Part shown: piece after piece, positions 63,296 through 64,000 of the stretch
How positions within the stretch are numbered: position 1 is the first letter of the stretch
Layout of the letters: each line of letters starts with the position of its first letter
DNA from: Ylistrum balloti
Lineage: Eukaryota
Assembly (NCBI RefSeq): GCF_031769215.1
Contig: NW_026782315.1
Coordinates: 372,001-436,000 of the forward strand
DNA: 64,000 nt
Direction of reading: 5' to 3'
Notes under the pieces: generated by a model
The model's input: the letters and a program-made list of their open reading frames with translations, nothing else
Databases searched by the model: none
Told to the model about the DNA's origin: nothing
Position numbers and translations under genes: made by a program

Positions 63296-64000
63296 TAAGT
63301 ATGGAAGCATGATGGGGACACACAGGCATAGAAATGCATAGTCAGGATTAAATTCAAGTGTTAGCAACATGGAATATGTTCCTAAATCTTGTAAAAATTA
63401 ATTAGATGATGTGAAGAGCAATGCAGTTGATTATCCATGTGTAAAAATATGTAGTTTTACCTGTGTAAACAATGTGATATTTGGTGATTTAGAAGGAAAA
63501 ATTTGAAATGTATGGATTTCAAATTGCAAAAATTTTTAACAAAGTTGGACATCTATACTGTGTTAATTAATGACTAGTAATGATCATTGTATTCTTAATT
63601 GAGGCATGGAAAAATGTCAGGGATAAATTTTTGTTCGCTCTTTTCGTGGAAAAATGCGAGACTTCTGTTTAAAATGTATTTGAAACCTACCAATTAGCGT
63701 TTTGTTCTAGTATATTACATTTGATTTATTTCTTAAACAAATTTTAATGATGGAAATGATTCATAAAAGCTTCAGGATCAGCTAGTGCTCTCTATCTGGA
63801 AGATACAATTGCATTGTTGTTATGTAATGGTGCAAACTAAAAACCTTCTCACTGATGTTTTACAGATAGGTTTTCAAATCGATTTAGAAAGTTTGTGCCC
63901 TGAAATTTGTCTTTCGTGGCTAAGGACAGTGTATGTGGTAGTTTAATGATGTTTATGTGATAATGAATCCATGTAATAAATTCCTCTGCTCGTTATGTGG

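Overview
AT-rich, intron-rich animal genomic DNA, most likely a bivalve mollusc (inferred from the SINE and repeat types; possibly a scallop). Two spliced genes lie head-to-head. An LHFPL3/4/5 (TMHS)-type tetraspan gene is on the minus strand (three clear coding exons 9134-6185, short last exon unresolved). An SRPK (SR-protein kinase) gene is on the plus strand (exons at 14961, 15074, 51249 and 63186; it continues beyond the window) with a 36-kb intron 2 and a 12-kb intron 3. Four observations stand out. (1) A 437-codon ORF in SRPK intron 3 has a strong Kozak ATG and a phase-1 donor (59418/59419) that joins in frame to the first kinase exon, so it is a candidate giant alternative N-terminus; smaller candidate alternative exons also exist. 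(2) A nested stack of TA-targeting pogo/Tigger-type transposons sits at 32.9-35.6 kb. Its innermost member carries a divergent Brinker-DBD transposase remnant and a HIRAN-like cargo gene, and an empty-site paralogue lies 3.5 kb upstream. (3) LHFPL-SRPK linkage matches the human LHFPL5-SRPK1 and LHFPL3-SRPK2 neighbourhoods but with the opposite relative orientation. (4) A Tc1/IS630-like element with both TIRs occupies 4-1276. The rest is minisatellites, SINE/LINE fragments and MITEs. All calls were made by eye without database searches.
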